Below are positions 23,601 through 38,260 of a stretch of 64,000 nt of DNA, in pieces. Every line of letters begins with the position of its first letter. Positions within the stretch are counted from its first letter, which is position 1. Position numbers and translations under genes: made by a program. The DNA is from Tubulanus polymorphus (lineage: Eukaryota; Animalia; Nemertea): contig NC_134025.1 in NCBI RefSeq assembly GCF_964204645.1, positions 25,648,299 to 25,712,298 on the forward strand, read 5' to 3'. The notes under the pieces were generated by a model that was not told the DNA's origin, made no database searches, and saw only the letters and a list, made by a program, of their open reading frames with translations.

Positions 23601-26600
23601 TGGCAGAAATATGAATGACTGAGTCGACTACGCAATGAACGTACATCAACCGCAACTCATAATGGCCAACACTCAGACTGGCACATCATAGGAAATTACT
23701 GGCTTCTATCACGCGACCGAAAATACGGGTTCAACAAAGCTACTGAAGAATAGATCCGCATTTCTATTATGATTCCAAATAATCTATCAATATAGTTATC
23801 ATGTTTCCATTGATATGACTTTGTGAAACGTGGTTTGGAAATTTATCACCGCAGGAATGCATGCAGAGAACACACTTGTTGGTATCAGGCAGAACGTGCC
23901 TCCTCGCTATCCCCTATACGAATTGTTTTCAGCTGTATTGAACATCAGAAGGAATTTGAAACCTTATTCAGAAATCAATAAAAAAGGATTTCCATAAACC
24001 AAATCAATTTTCTACGGTTGTTAATATTAAGTTACAATAACCATTTGTTTCCTATTTTTGTCCGATCCCCTTAAGAAGTCTACAGGGCAAGAAGCACGAT
24101 TCTAAATCAAAACTACATTCTTTATACAATATACACGTATAACCGCCTATGTATCGAGGCAAAATGTAACGATATAAGAGGATGAGAACATAAAAAATGG
24201 CGATGACGCACAGTGTTTCATGTTAAACCAGAAAAAAATGCTGGTTCATGTGCTCCAGATGAAAAAGCGAGCCATTGAAGTATAAAGTCACCGCGTCATC
24301 GCCATCATCGGATCGAATCGAAATCGTTAGACCAAGAGAGAACAATATTCATGCCAATGAATATTTTATACTAGACCACGACCATGCAAATCCGTTAGAC
24401 ACAGTCAATTATGACTGGTTATTACAAGTATAACCTGACTAAGAATAATAAAACGAAACTAAGGCTAGACTTGATTGCTATTGGAATTAATGCTACATTA
24501 TCAATTTTATTATTTACGACTTCCTAACAACCAGCTTACAAAAAAACGCAAGCATCAGTACTGAGAGATTTTCAACTGTTTGTATTTTGTTGAGTACTGT
24601 TACATCTTTGTTTTTGCCAATTGAATGTTCTATCATCGGGAAAAATAGACATTTATATTGATCATAACATAACTGTCAACCTAAAATCGCCGAAAGAGGA
24701 ACGCAGCAACGAGGACATTCCCACGAGAATGCTTTAAAATAAATCTCAGCCAATCTTGTAGAACATTTTCAATCGAAGTCACGGCTTATTATAAACATCG
24801 AATGAACATCGCAAATTTTTAGCTGTGATTTCGCAGCACTTTTGATCGATGAACTTGTCAGTTGCTTGTGAAATACTTTGCAAACACAAATCCAGTTTTA
24901 TCAATAATCATTTTATTTGAAGATTTAATTCTATATGATCCTTTGGTTGTCTTATGGATGCCGATTTGTCAAAGTGAATTGATGGCTTTAAAGTGAAGAT
25001 AATTCATCATTTCGAAAAGTTTTTCGCCTGCAAATTATTTCGATATTCCAGACCTAGTCTTTCAAAATATTGCGAATGAGGAAATTGAAATTTTTTTAAC
25101 CAACACTTTCAACGCTGCGCATCCGTCGAACGCTTTTATATCATTAACGAATACCACTTGTAACTGTGCAAAATTAACTGCCACAACAAGCCACTTATAG
25201 CAAGAGAGAGTCGCTGATTGAACTGATCACAACCAGCAATCACGGTGCACTACTTCAATTCATTCCTCCACTGATATCTAATCTAATTCCGTAGACAGTT
25301 TTAGGGTATGATTTTCTCTTATCGAGACTCGACGCATTGACAACCGAGGGCTAGAGATCATCGTTAGGCTCTATGAAAGATGCGCGCAGATATAACGATC
25401 CGTTTCAATCAATACTTGTAGATGAACGAAAGGGTATTCGTTTCAGGGCAAAAAAATAAATTGGCCGCAATTTTTTTCTTATGCATGTATGAATAGGAAG
25501 GGGTTTAACCATATATGTAAGAATCATTTTCACCACCACCAATGGTACAAATCATTGGTTTTTTTTTAACACAGCGGAAAATGGCATTACCCAATACGGT
25601 TTCGAAAGCTTTCAGCTTTCGGTGATCAGTAGTAAGCACTATATAAGAACCCTTTTCAGACAAGGATTCAGATACCTGATATTCCAGGGATGTTGAACGT
25701 GGTAAATGTCGATATGTCAATAACGCAATAATATCGCTGAAAATAAACATTTCCTGCATATTAGCCCTGTTGTATTAAAAGGTGAACGTTAGTTAGCACT
25801 CATGAGACCAAAACACCATGGAGACTGCTTCAGAACGTAATGGAGTTTTAACTTTTAATAGCAAATATCCGCCGCATAACTCTGTGACTGCATTAAACCA
25901 CTTACAATAAAGCCAACTGGAATGTGTATTGTCGCACTAATGTTATTTTTCAATTTTAGAATATCACGCGTATATGTTAGACTGTGTTTGATCTTGAAAT
26001 AAAGAATCGTTCATTTTGATTGATTGATTTAGGTTTGATTTTGTCAAACTGTTTTAATCGATATCTTTCAACATCAACTGACTTTTTCTGTGATCTCGGA
26101 GAAAGATGGGCAAATAAAAAGCAACTATCCTTGTATAAATGTATCGATTTGAATTCCCAAAAAGAAACCCAAACTTTTGAGGCATGCTGGGTGAGGTTTT
26201 CATCCAAGCGTAATTGATAATGATTATCTGAGACTTAGTTGAAGAAAGATGTCTTGGATTTTGCTGGGTAATTTTCGTAGACCTATTTGAGCAAACTAGG
26301 CAATAAGTATTCAGTGTATGAGGCTTTACTTGAGTAATACACCATCAGCCTGATCCTTACAATACCAGGTTGTCTGGTAATTGCTGTTATACAACCAACA
26401 AGCGGGCTTTATTAGAATACAAATCAGTCACGAAATCCGGGCGATCAAGACTTCTTATTTTCTTCAAAGCTTCGTGAAATCGACGATGAAGTGTACATCA
26501 TAGGAGCAACAGCTACATCGACATGAGCGTACATATACAACTAGAAAACGAGTCCCTGAAGGTTGAACTTCAAAGAGAATGTATAGAAAACAAAGTATGT

Positions 26601-26782
26601 ATAGATTATGTATCGAGTGGTAAGACTTAATGGTTGCTATAGTTGAAGTCCTCGTGGAGTCTTGAAAATCTTGTCTTAATAAGAAAAATCTATATGTAAC
26701 TAAGTTTTGAATAAGTAGTTAACCTCCAGACAATTCTATCTATAAATGTCACAGCTGCTAACGCTCTCCACATATGGAACAA

Positions 26783-26817
26783 CCTTGGAGTAATCATTTG
26801 AAATGATTACTCCAAGG
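26783..26817. repeat. Perfect 35-bp palindrome flanked by AACAA direct repeats
   Basis: CCTTGGAGTAATCATTT-G-AAATGATTACTCCAAGG; AACAA at 26778-26782 and 26818-26822. Confidence 0.9.
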
Positions 26818-28628
26818 AACAACTATGGTGTTCTTAAATAAACTTGAACGTGACTCAGGATTCAACATAGCAACACATACACGTAGTAATCAACGTTAGT
26901 TCATTACACCATGTTCAATTAATGGAATCCCAACAGTACAGATGCGCGCATTTAATCCATTCCAATTTGTCGTTACCATGATGCTTATCTTTACTAGACC
27001 AGCTCCATGAGTAGCATCTGCTCGTGTCAATTGGTTGACATCGTCACATCTCGTTTCTACCATTTTGAATCGAAAAAAAGACTAATATGAATAGTTAAAA
27101 ACATCATTATCAGTCGAACTTTGAGAAGAAAATTAACTACCGGTAGAACTAAAAGCACTAGAGCAAAATCACTGATTATTCCATTTATCTGAGCTACAGG
27201 GACTTCTAAAGCTATTATACCCATAACATTTTGGATAATGACATTAGTGTACAACTCTCAAAGGCATATCAAGTAACCAAATTATCACCAACAACATTAA
27301 ATGAAGCGGGAGGTCTGGTCGATTCTATCAAGGTTTTAGTCTAAGACAAGATTGTCCGATATAATGCTGATGGGAGACTGACCAGTTAACGGACTCTTGA
27401 TACATTTATAGATAACTATCAGGAAAATAAACAACTGGTTAAAGCAGATCTCATAAAAGGCAGTCGGAAGAGATTATCATGACAAAGTAAAAATCAATTC
27501 AGTTTTTACAAAATGACCACATGCCTTACGTAAACTCCGGACGTTCAACATCAACAATGAGATTTTACAGTCCATGAAATTGAGTCAACGAAATGTCATG
27601 CTGTAATTTCTGCGTTATTTTTGTGCCCTGTGCAATGTTATCATAACTTGTGGAGAAATTTAACTAAACTGAAACTGAAACTGTATAAAAACCAAATCAT
27701 CAAGTTATCTAGAAATATCAGTTGAATGTCGTTGACGAAAGACAGCTAACCTTAACAATAGTGGTAGGGATTGAAATTTAAGTTCATCTACCAATGATTC
27801 TCTTAATGAGAAATACCAAACATTCATAGGTTTGTAATTGTAACTGACCAAAGTGTAAACGTATGTATCTTGGAGTCTCAAATGTTTTCGATGAAGGCAT
27901 AGATCAAATCATGAAGTGGTTCTCTTGCTTCCACATATTCAGTACCACGCGTTATATACAAGAAATCAATGTGTCACAAACCGTCGTTCCGCGAAAGACT
28001 GCGGTAGAATCTGAGCGTACAACGTCTTAGTTATCAGATAATCCAACAGATTGAAAGCCAATTTTTTTATGATCGCGTCCATAGATTTCCTCGAGAATCA
28101 ATTTATGATGGAAGCAGCGAATGTAACATAGTACATTATATATAAATATGTAGAAAAGTTCTCATTAGATTCTTGAGAGAACTATAATCAGAATGATTAG
28201 GAGAGGTTAGTTATATTTGACATTTACTGTAGATGGTAATGTGTCACGTCATTCTTTCGTCACTTGTGCAGAATGTAGGATATTATACGTCGAACCTGTA
28301 ATACTAACACCTTTCTATCGTTGAAAAAAGAGATAATAGCTTCTACCATCAGCTTTGCGGGAGACGCTATATTCCTGCATATCATATGATCATATATATT
28401 ATCATGCCCATCAGCAAAGTACATGTTTTCGAAAACCCGACGGCATTCATAATGTACGATATAAACCAGTTGAGGTAGAGCGTCTCGTGTGTCTGTTACC
28501 CGAGAACATGTTTCATTTCAGAACGGTTCTTGCGAGGGTTTTGAGGTATCATCATTATCAAGTCTAAATACATAAGCCGGAAAAAAGCCGACGAATTAAT
28601 GTTTTAATACGAAGACATCTCGTCTTAC

Positions 28629-29418
28629 CTTTTTCACAAGCCTCTCCGGTGTAAGCAGTCAACGAACAATCGCAGATGAATCGATTCCAACCTTCTGCGC
28701 AGACACCCTTATTTTTGCAGGTCTTACTCTGACATTGGGGTTCCATGGATCGGCAGTATTCGACGACCGCGTTGACATTTTGTTGCCGAGCGTGCAAAGC
28801 TAGATCGACCTTGTCCCCGTTTATTACTAAATCTTCGATACATCCTACGTAGCCGTTTTTCAGGACGGCTGCCCAAACGGAATGCGGGATGGTGTATGCC
28901 TCACTTTTATCATCGACACCTCCGACGAACATATAACCACCTAAATCTAAACGATCATTGTTTCCTTTTGTGCGATAGATGACCTCATCGCCGTCTACCA
29001 AAACGGTACCACGTCTTCCTGAATGGCTCAGATGAATGTGATGGGACATGCCGTTGTTAACGATGCCCTTACTAGCCTTCACTTTAACCGTCCCCGAACC
29101 CAAATCTAAGATAACGAACAGATACCCGTCCAAAATCTCCATGGCGAAAAAATCGGACAAACTTTCGGCACCGCTATTGTACATGAGGAGGCAATTTGGT
29201 TCGTTCGTACGGAAGCGGAACTCGATGGTGCCCGAGTAGGATGCTTCCCAGGGTGTGAGTTTGATATATGATTCAGGGGTAGTGAATGTTATCGGTTGAG
29301 CTATAATCTGCTCGACACACGTATTGAATTGAATATCGCCGTGGGTTTGGATGAGATCATGTTTTTTCTCAGCGAGCATCGTTATGTCAAACTGCAAACT
29401 ATCAGCAGTGTACATCAC
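28629..29418 (-). CDS. NRXN: Alpha-neurexin exon: end of LNS2, whole LNS3 and EGF2
   Basis: 790-nt exon VMYTADS...QPITFTTPESY...FRFRTNEPNCLLM...DFFAMEILDGYLFVILDLGSG...GYVGCIEDLVING...CKNKGVCAEGWNRFICDCSLTAYTGEACEK; acceptor at 29420-29419, donor gtaaga. Confidence 0.97.
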
Positions 29419-32400
29419 CTGCAAGTATATACATATAAAGAACATGTTAGAAATATATTTGGGAAGAAGCAATAAATATTTCTGAAAGCGGTGCATAAAT
29501 ATTGACCAAATACTACTTGAAACAGAGACCACAGATCAATATGTTCATATGATTTCAATGTTGCCCCACCCTGTCGAATAGACGAAATGATTGAAATGAT
29601 GATAGATATGCACTGTAAACATTTTCTAGGCTTTCAAAAATGAAACAAATTTAAATTGATTCGGTTCATCAATCAGTTACTGGATACTTCTTCGAACAGC
29701 ACGACACAATAAATCAATCCCCAGCGGAATCGCGGTCTTTCTGCCAATTCATTCGCTGTTCTTATTTCGTCACAGTAATTAATGTTGTAACGTACTCATT
29801 GACAACAATGATAAACTTTTCTCTGTTAGATTATTCACGATTCAAAAACTATTCCATCAAATTCCACGCGATCATACATCATCTTACGCAGGCCACGATC
29901 GTGAATGAAAATTTCCCACAAGAGCCGAGCCTGCTCGGAGAAACCTTCAATCCATTCATTCATACTGGAATTTGCATTTAATTTTACTGATGACGTCATC
30001 AATGATAGATCATCTTTCCCGGTATTAGAACTGCATACGTTATTATTTAGATCTATCAAAAAAAGTACGGATTGCTAGTGGCAATCAAAACCCTTGCTTT
30101 ACCATCTAAACGATAGACTAGGAAATGAAAGGAAGGCGACACGCTCTGGATGCTGATGATAAATTTCTAAATCTAATTGAACATCGTCTAACTGACAGGT
30201 GTAAAGCATACTTTCCTAAAAAGGAAGATGTTATGTTTTTAAACCCGTGATTTATTTAGCACCAGGAAATGAGACCGTAATTCTCTACGGCCATTCGTCG
30301 ACAAAACAACACATGGTAATGTCTGATTAATGCCTGTCTGGTCGACATCTGTCTTCTAGATGACATGGCGATTTCCTCAAGATTTCTAAATGGTTTCCTC
30401 CGCAGCATCGGACTGAGAAATCCCATAAGGAAACGTGGTTTCATTAGGGAATTTTGCTCGAAAATTGGGTAGTAGATGTACTTGTTGCCCGCGCGCACTT
30501 CTTCACTGAGATGAAGAGTTGACCACTTCAACGTTCATTACGCGTCTAGCAAACTGCTCATGGTCGTTGTAAGTCACTATTCGTTATTGAATCTTTATGA
30601 TATCGACCATATACCAGCTGACCCAGACTACGATCATGACCATGCTAAGTGGAATTTGGTACCGAAATTAATTTCTGCATAAATAAAATATTGATGCGGT
30701 CACGCACTCAATAAAAGCTAACTAATCTTTCCGTTGCGAACACTCCTCTTGAGCCCAATTTTCATGTAGTCGATCAGTGTTTTTTTTATTTTTCGCTATC
30801 ATGTCATAAACATGACTCTCTTCGTGTCTTCTCCGTGATTAGATATATATTGGCGATGGAACAGCAAACTTCCATGTGGAACGAAAAGCATGGAACTTGC
30901 AAGTAAACATCTATACCGCATAAGCCCTTAAGATAGATAGATATATCAGTATTTCAAAACTCAATATCTTGATTATTTCATGCTTCGGGATACATATCTG
31001 ATTGATAAAAGGAAAAAGCACGATTGATCGAAAGTATACATAATGTAATTATGGATAAAAAGAGGCAGACAGACAATACATACACCACCAGGTTTTCATA
31101 TAAATTAGCTCAACTACATTAATAGATCGCACAGATGCAACGATCCTATCGATCCTAAAGGGTGAATAAAACCTCATCTGAGAGTATATCTCTTAGAATA
31201 AACGTCACTAAACATGTGTACGCAATAACCCTTTAGAAAAGTGTGAGGTAAATACTGATTGGAAATATCGTAATCCGGGATCCAGTTCCACGGTCCAGTC
31301 CTACTCGAAATCTAAGACTGAATAGTATTGGTTTGCTAAATATCTTTATGTACCAATGAGTTTAGTCTTAACTGTGAACAAGGCCGCTTATTCTTTCCCA
31401 TTTTCCCTGTGCAATCATAAACACCTGAGAATATCTTTTTGTATCCCTCTCAGGATACATCTGAAAAAAATCCTACGCAACATATATGCATTTAACATGA
31501 AAAATATGGATTTCGGAGATGCACACAATGTCAGGTTTGACATGCAGGAAAGGTCTGTTGTTCTATTCAATAAGAACCAATTATCATTTCATTATCATAA
31601 TACGTATGTATACAGCTATTATGGCATCGATACAACAGGAATGCGATGCTTTGTGCCTTGATTTTCCGCCTCGAAATCAATAAATGAATAATGCCCAAAC
31701 CATGTCATCCCTGCTTCCAAAATACAATAAATCCTTCAATTTCGGAGCCTGTCATGTTGGTGATCGATTGCGTGTCTCTGACCAAACGCTGCAATTATAG
31801 CAGGCTGTAGCGGACTATATATTATGGCAAGAATCCTAGCAAAAATAATAGTCACTTGCCTCAGTCAATGCACCACACTATAAAACCTTATTGCACATTA
31901 CTCCTTCTCCCTCCAGTTTAAATTCTATGAATTATCAATGAATTATTGTTGTCATTAAAAGTATTCTCTGAGTATGCCTAGCAGCAAACAAGTTTTTTTC
32001 ATGTCAGCATCTAGAAAATAAAAACCCAATAACACTCGATACTGGCAATGAAACGGATTTCCCCTTTAATCTAAATTATAAGATTATCAATCAATAAAAA
32101 ATTTTTATAAAGGATTACCATCCGATTTAATTTGAAATGATCAACTTCAACAATTTGAATCAATTCATTTCGAGGTGTGCTATGTTATAGTATGTAAAAT
32201 ATGATGGCAATATTAGTGATCATTAAAATGTAATGTAAATATGTATGCATCTAATATAGACAGCTTTCAATATATCTTGTTCATAACTACCTGTTCAGAG
32301 ATTTATGCTCAAACAACGAAATCATTATAAACCCCCTATGTAAACTTCGCATCGATACACTTGTACATTTTTTGTTTGTTAACCAAAACAATGATTACCT

Positions 32401-34549
32401 TGTAATGTTGATCTTCAAATATATTTCCTTTATCAAACCAATATTGCATTGAGAACCACCCATAACCCCGTAGCTTATGGGTATATTTTACAAAAATTCA
32501 TATCATGAGTGTCATATTCATCATGCGCGTCTTTCGATCAAAAAATAGTTTACATGACGTATCAACTTTTCGGTGCTGAGCAATCGCCGGAAGCTGCTCG
32601 AGATTTCTGACTTTAAACTGATTGATGACCTGTAACTGTCACTAAGCGCAAACTAAATGACCAATATAGAAAAAAATAACCGCCACAAAACAGTCTGCGC
32701 GGAGTGGCGATCTCTGAACCAGTTGGTTAGACACAATCTAATAACGGACTCAAACGAGCCAATGGTTAGCCAACGTGCGTAATGATGAGTGAAAGATTCG
32801 ATCGCGCATTAACAGAAGAAAACAAAAGAACGCGTTGCTTTTTAACGAATTACTGACATTTCAATAACCATCGATACGCACGAACAAAACATTACTTAAG
32901 GGTCTCCGGGTCTACACACCTCGGGTCGAGGAATAGAACATGGCTAAATGTCATATCATCAATTCTAACCTGTCACTTCCATCGAAATAAGGTATAAAGG
33001 CAATATGTGCGCAGTATTATTGATGCTTGATTTATTCGATAAACATCATAAAAATGTAGTGGCATTTAAAAACCGAACTCGCGCAACTTAATAGGTACTC
33101 TCTTCAGAAATGACTGTTAATACTTCAAATATAATAAATAGCCCGACATCAGGTGAATATATTCACACTGTATTAAGCGTTATCAATCTTTGAATTCATA
33201 TTGCTCTCTGGTGTTCGTTGAAACACATGTAAAAGCATGTTGACGTACCATAAAAATGATTCACGTTATTTAGTCAATTAATGATGAAGCTGGGGTTTCT
33301 ATTTTGGAAAATGATCTAAATAATATAGCATCGTGACAAACTCCCCGGTTTATTTTAGTGCCAACCAATCTTCCATAAAGCAAATAGTTAGTTCTTGGAT
33401 GCATTAACACTCATCCTAAGGGTATCGTATTTACCACGACATTAGAAAGTGCTAGACGTTCCTTGAAGCAAACAATTTGTTATGCTATTAAATCTGAATA
33501 CGATATTTACCCGATTAAACCTCAGAGGTTTCGCCGGGCTACGAATTCTCGTAAATCGAATTAACACAAGAACACGATATAGAGCTTTCGAGAATATTTT
33601 CAAGAGTGTTGACAATGATAACTCGTGAAAATTAGTTCAAGTATTTATGACATAACATCACTCCAGCGTTTTGAAATGAGTGAAAAACGGCAACTCTTCA
33701 CAGCAGTATTTCACCATCAAGTGCGGCAGAAATGCACCGCGCGGAATTCATTATCTTTCGAGAAAATGAAAGAATAAATTTTCTCATTCATTTGTTTCGG
33801 TTGCTCAATTTCTTCTGCGCATGCTTTAGCAGACGGCCACCACTGAATGAAATAGAAGACCTTATCATGTGTAACATGCACAAATTAAATACGATCTCCG
33901 ATTGCGAGAATCTGTGTATGGCAATTTACTGTGTGGTTTTAGGCAAAAAAGAAAAACTACGATAAATTGTAAATGCAATGATTTCAGCTCGCTTGATCCT
34001 TTGGGCATGACTGAAATCCGCGCTATTGCTTATTGCAGAAAAAAATGGTATACCCGACCATAAATCTGCTGTGCAAACTGGGTTGATTGTTTCATTTGAG
34101 TCTATCATACCGCTTTCGATTTGAATAGATTTCTTATTTTTCTTATTTATAGTTATTGAACTAGTAATGCATATGATAGTAGTGCATGTAAACATCATAT
34201 ATTAGGTTGAATAAGGAATCAAGTGAACTCTGAAAAGAAGTCTGATATTCTGCGTCTGTCGGAAGTTGTTGTAATATGAAATTCTAGAATATAGAAATAA
34301 TCAATTGCTTAATCATAGTTATGTATCCTTCAAGTTAGATATCATCAGGAGGTTTGGAGCAAGTTTTACTGTAATAATCAGCTTTTACGATAGGGATTTG
34401 TAAACCGAACCAGATCTCTAGGAATGAATAAAAAAGAGATTGACCGTTACGCGTAGACCAACTTATTATCCACGGGATTACTTGGCTTAATGATGGTTGT
34501 GAGCGAAAATGATAAATTGAAACCTATTTCGAATACCCCCTGCCCTACG

Positions 34550-34575
34550 CACACACACACACACACACACACACA
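34550..34575. repeat. (CA)13 microsatellite
   Basis: Direct reading of the sequence. Confidence 0.95.
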
Positions 34576-35790
34576 TTCGTAGTACTAATTACAAACTATC
34601 TTTAGGACAGTACCATTTACGCCATTTACGTAGAGATAGGGAAGAAGGCCAGTCCCAATATTTCTGGTTTCCATGGTGATTTCTGTGCAAATCACTAGCT
34701 TACGACATCTACCGAAAGGGATTTGAATGAGACCAGCTCAGATACAGATGCCATCTATACTATAGAACACGATCACATTTTAGACTCCGCATTCACAGAA
34801 GATGTCTGACATCTCAAAAAGACTTGAGCGTACCGTAGTCCTATATTGGCATCGTACACCAAACCGATGGTTAGAGAACTAGATAGGCCTACCACGCGCC
34901 AACACTCGAGATGTTTTCTAAACGTTGCTTGCAATGCTATACAAAGACAAATTTCTTCAATTTCTTCAGTTTCTTCTGGTAGCACGCCACGGTTCTCTAC
35001 CAATCAAGAATTGAGATTGAAAATCGAATGTTGTCTGGGAAACGAAACTACCTTGAGCAAGCAGTTGAAAAAGTTGATTAAACATCGTGCACAAATAAAA
35101 AGGTTTCTCCGCGCGAAGGATATTTGATGTTGGAACCGAAACCTAATCTCAAATAAAACAGTTCGGTTTGGCCAATAACGCCACTTTCCTTCAAGTATTT
35201 TTATTCGAGTTTACTAAGAAAAATACGTAGAATATCTGTGCGTCAAGTTTATTATTTCAAAATTTTTATTCGAATTTCACTCAGTTTTATTTATGCATAT
35301 GAATCTTAAAAAATATCGGTACTTTAAAAGTTTAGGGATGGACCTGTATGAATAGAATCTTATTTCATTCAATGCAGGGCTTTTTATTAAGCAAATCAAT
35401 ATCATATCCTTTTGCCGCAGTAATATTTCTCAGTTATAGCACAAGTAATACATGCTGCTATGGGAAAAAAGACAATGTAAAGAATGAACAGACGAAATAG
35501 AGGAAGCTCAAGTTAAATTTTCCATGTGTGAAATGAAATGACACACTAGACGTAGAAAGGAGGCCAAGGATGACACTGGCATGAATTCCAAGTACAATAC
35601 TTCGAAATCGACACATCTTTCAATTGGTGTCTTTTCAAATGTCATCTGTACCTTTATAGTCTTTCATCAACTTGTGTATTTCATCCTAACATTGAGAATC
35701 AATGGTTACTTGCAAAAGAGTATAGTGTCTCTACATTATCACTAGAAACAAGCTGTGAACTTGATGAATATCTGTACTTGAAAGACGTAC

Positions 35791-35949
35791 CTTTTTCAAA
35801 CAGCCTTTGAAGTTGTTTCGCACTGTTGCACCGGGTAATCCTGCAGTGTTTACCGAGCCACCCACTGTCATCACATTGCTGGACAACATTGTATAATCCC
35901 CGGTAGTTGTGCCTTGACTTCGAAATTTATCATCCACGCTGGCAGCGAT
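35791..35949 (-). CDS. NRXN: Alpha-neurexin exon, LNS2 C-terminal part
   Basis: IAASVDDKFRSQGTTTGDYTMLSSNVMTVGGSVNTAGLPGATVRNNFKGCLKK resembles neurexin [37 protein letters not shown]; phase 0-0. Confidence 0.95.
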
Positions 35950-37453
35950 CTATAACGTACCCAAATAAAAACATATAGAAGCAATCAATGCGAACCGTAA
36001 GTCAAGTCATTCGGACAAATATTATAGTAGTTACCCGAAGGTCATTGCATTTAGTGTAGAATGGAAAAGAACATTGATAAGAATAATCACATGTAGAAGA
36101 ATGAAAAAAAAGTCAAACCTTCCGGAAGTAAGAACAAGTCTTTTTTGTTTTTATGATGCAGATACAAGACGAAGATGTTTTTACGCATTTAGCCTCGTTG
36201 TCATGGAAATGATCACTTATTTATCGAGGTGATTATCTTATTTTTATAACTGATTGGGGAATTTGTGACATGGCATGTAAAGACTTTCAGTGAACACCTA
36301 ATTAAAACATCCACTCATCAAAAGCTCTCTATATATTTGTCATCCGCCATCTTTATTCACGAGGCTAATTGGCTAGTGTTCTTGATTCTGAACTCAGATG
36401 ATACGACGCTTCACTACAACACATCCTCAAAGACGTCTTTGATGATGATGTGTGTACTCTTCGATACCGTACTACAGTTATAATAATTACTACGATCTAG
36501 TATCGTACGACATGCGACATGCATAAACACACTGATCACTCGATTTTTTTGGAACCACATCGTTAATTCAAAAAAATATCGTTATTCCATTCACGCAATC
36601 GCTCAAAAATGTTTTGCAACCAACAACTTCGCACGGACATTCGAATCTACTTTCTACTTTTTTTATTAGTCATTCAAGCAATCACACCATTCCACCAGAA
36701 GCGATAGAGCGACGACCTGCATGCATCATAGGTTTTCCCGATTTCTATCAGGTCTGTTGGGGACATATTTCATGAGGCAGGCTGTCGAAAATAGGATATA
36801 AGATGTCATGATAAAACGCACACAATCCGATATGGGAGTTAAGAACAATGTATCAATTTTCCCAAGACACTTAGGTATGTTTGGAGGGCTTATTCCCCAT
36901 AAGGGGAGATGTATTTTACATACAAATGGCAACGTATATATTTGTAACAATAGGAGAACTTAATACGACTTTAGAAATCAATAAGTATTTGGTGGTACCA
37001 TCCATGAAACTGATTCACTGCACATTGAGAAACAACAAATCATTTTCTAAGAATTGACGACATCATCATAAAAACATTGACGAAAATAAAGCTTCTTTTA
37101 GAGAATATCGTTAAAACACGCAAGGCAAAGGATTTAGTTATATGATCATGCATTCAAATAAGCCAATAGAGGAGCAAATTCATATCAAAGAAACCATACT
37201 TACAAGACAGAGCCCACGTCCTTTTGTTAACTGTTGATATCAACCCAAAAGAAATTAGCAATGCACCAGAAATCAATCCAAGTGAAAACCCTATCCAGAA
37301 GCGATTTAGCATGTTATCCAGATGGACATGCAGGTTGTTTATAAGAACTTGCACCAAACGTTGACAAATATTTTCTTATCCCGGAAAATGCATTATATAA
37401 TATTTAAATCGGTAGAAAAACTACTGCTTTGATCTGAGGATTTAAGCACTTAC

Positions 37454-37620
37454 CTCTTTCGATTCCCGGGTAACTAAAAGATGATGCCATCTATTATCAT
37501 CGAATCGATCTGCTCGTCTTTTTGGAGACACGTCCAATTCCATCGCTCCGGAGCCTAGATTCACGGTTAGTATGATGGCTCCATCTTTCAGGGCCAAATT
37601 TATATAATCTCCGACAAACC
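37454..37620 (-). CDS. NRXN: Alpha-neurexin exon, LNS2 middle (not in the ORF track)
   Basis: GFVGDYINLALKDGAIILTVNLGSGAMELDVSPKRRADRFDDNRWHHLLVTRESKE resembles neurexin [21 protein letters not shown]...FNDNAWHDVKVTR; cag acceptor, gtaagt donor; phase 1-0. Confidence 0.95.
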
Positions 37621-38113
37621 CTGTCAGAATAAGACAAAATACTGGTCGCGTTAAATCGATAGGTCTCCCTATTCCATAAAGGTATCTAATAAATTCTTAT
37701 CAGGATCTAGATTCGTAGATGTTCAAGTGTTAAAACCGAATGCAACGGTATAAATACAGTTAATGTGACAGAGATCTTCATTAAATGAGCGTAAATTACG
37801 CAGAAATAAATCTAAGAGGAAAATACATGACAAAACTGTGCTAAAAGCACAGGCAAAATCTAATAGGAATATCGGCAAATTGTCACATTACTCTTTCGGA
37901 TTAAATATTCAAGTGAGAATGCTTTAGCTGATGCTGATAGTGTGAAGTGGTGTTTGCAGACACAACTTAGTATTCAAGCACATGCTTTAGTGGGCTATCT
38001 TTTACTTCCTTAACAGCTTCATGCGTCAAGGCAGTCGGTAACTTTCTTCCCACCAAATAATGCTGCCAGATAAGTCAAACAAAAAAGGTGTCCTATTCGT
38101 ATATTGTTTTTAC

Positions 38114-38260
38114 CTGTGAAAAATAGAAGACCACTGGATTGGCGCGTTTTGAAATAAAGCGATATTCTATCTTTCGTGCTGAGTATCGGATCTCCTTTGT
38201 TTGAAAGATTGTAAATAAGGTACTGTTCACCGTCAAATGTGGCAACGGTTGGATTGTGTT
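38114..38260 (-). CDS. NRXN: Alpha-neurexin exon, start of LNS2 (laminin-G) domain
   Basis: (E)HNPTVATFDGEQYLIYNLSNKGDPILSTKDRISLYFKTRQSSGLLFFTG resembles neurexin [34 protein letters not shown]/GT borders; phase 1-1. Confidence 0.93.

Noticed and set aside
28564-29532. 322-aa ORF as a stand-alone gene
   Set aside because: Only 28629-29418 is bounded by splice sites and neurexin-like; both ends are intron read-through.
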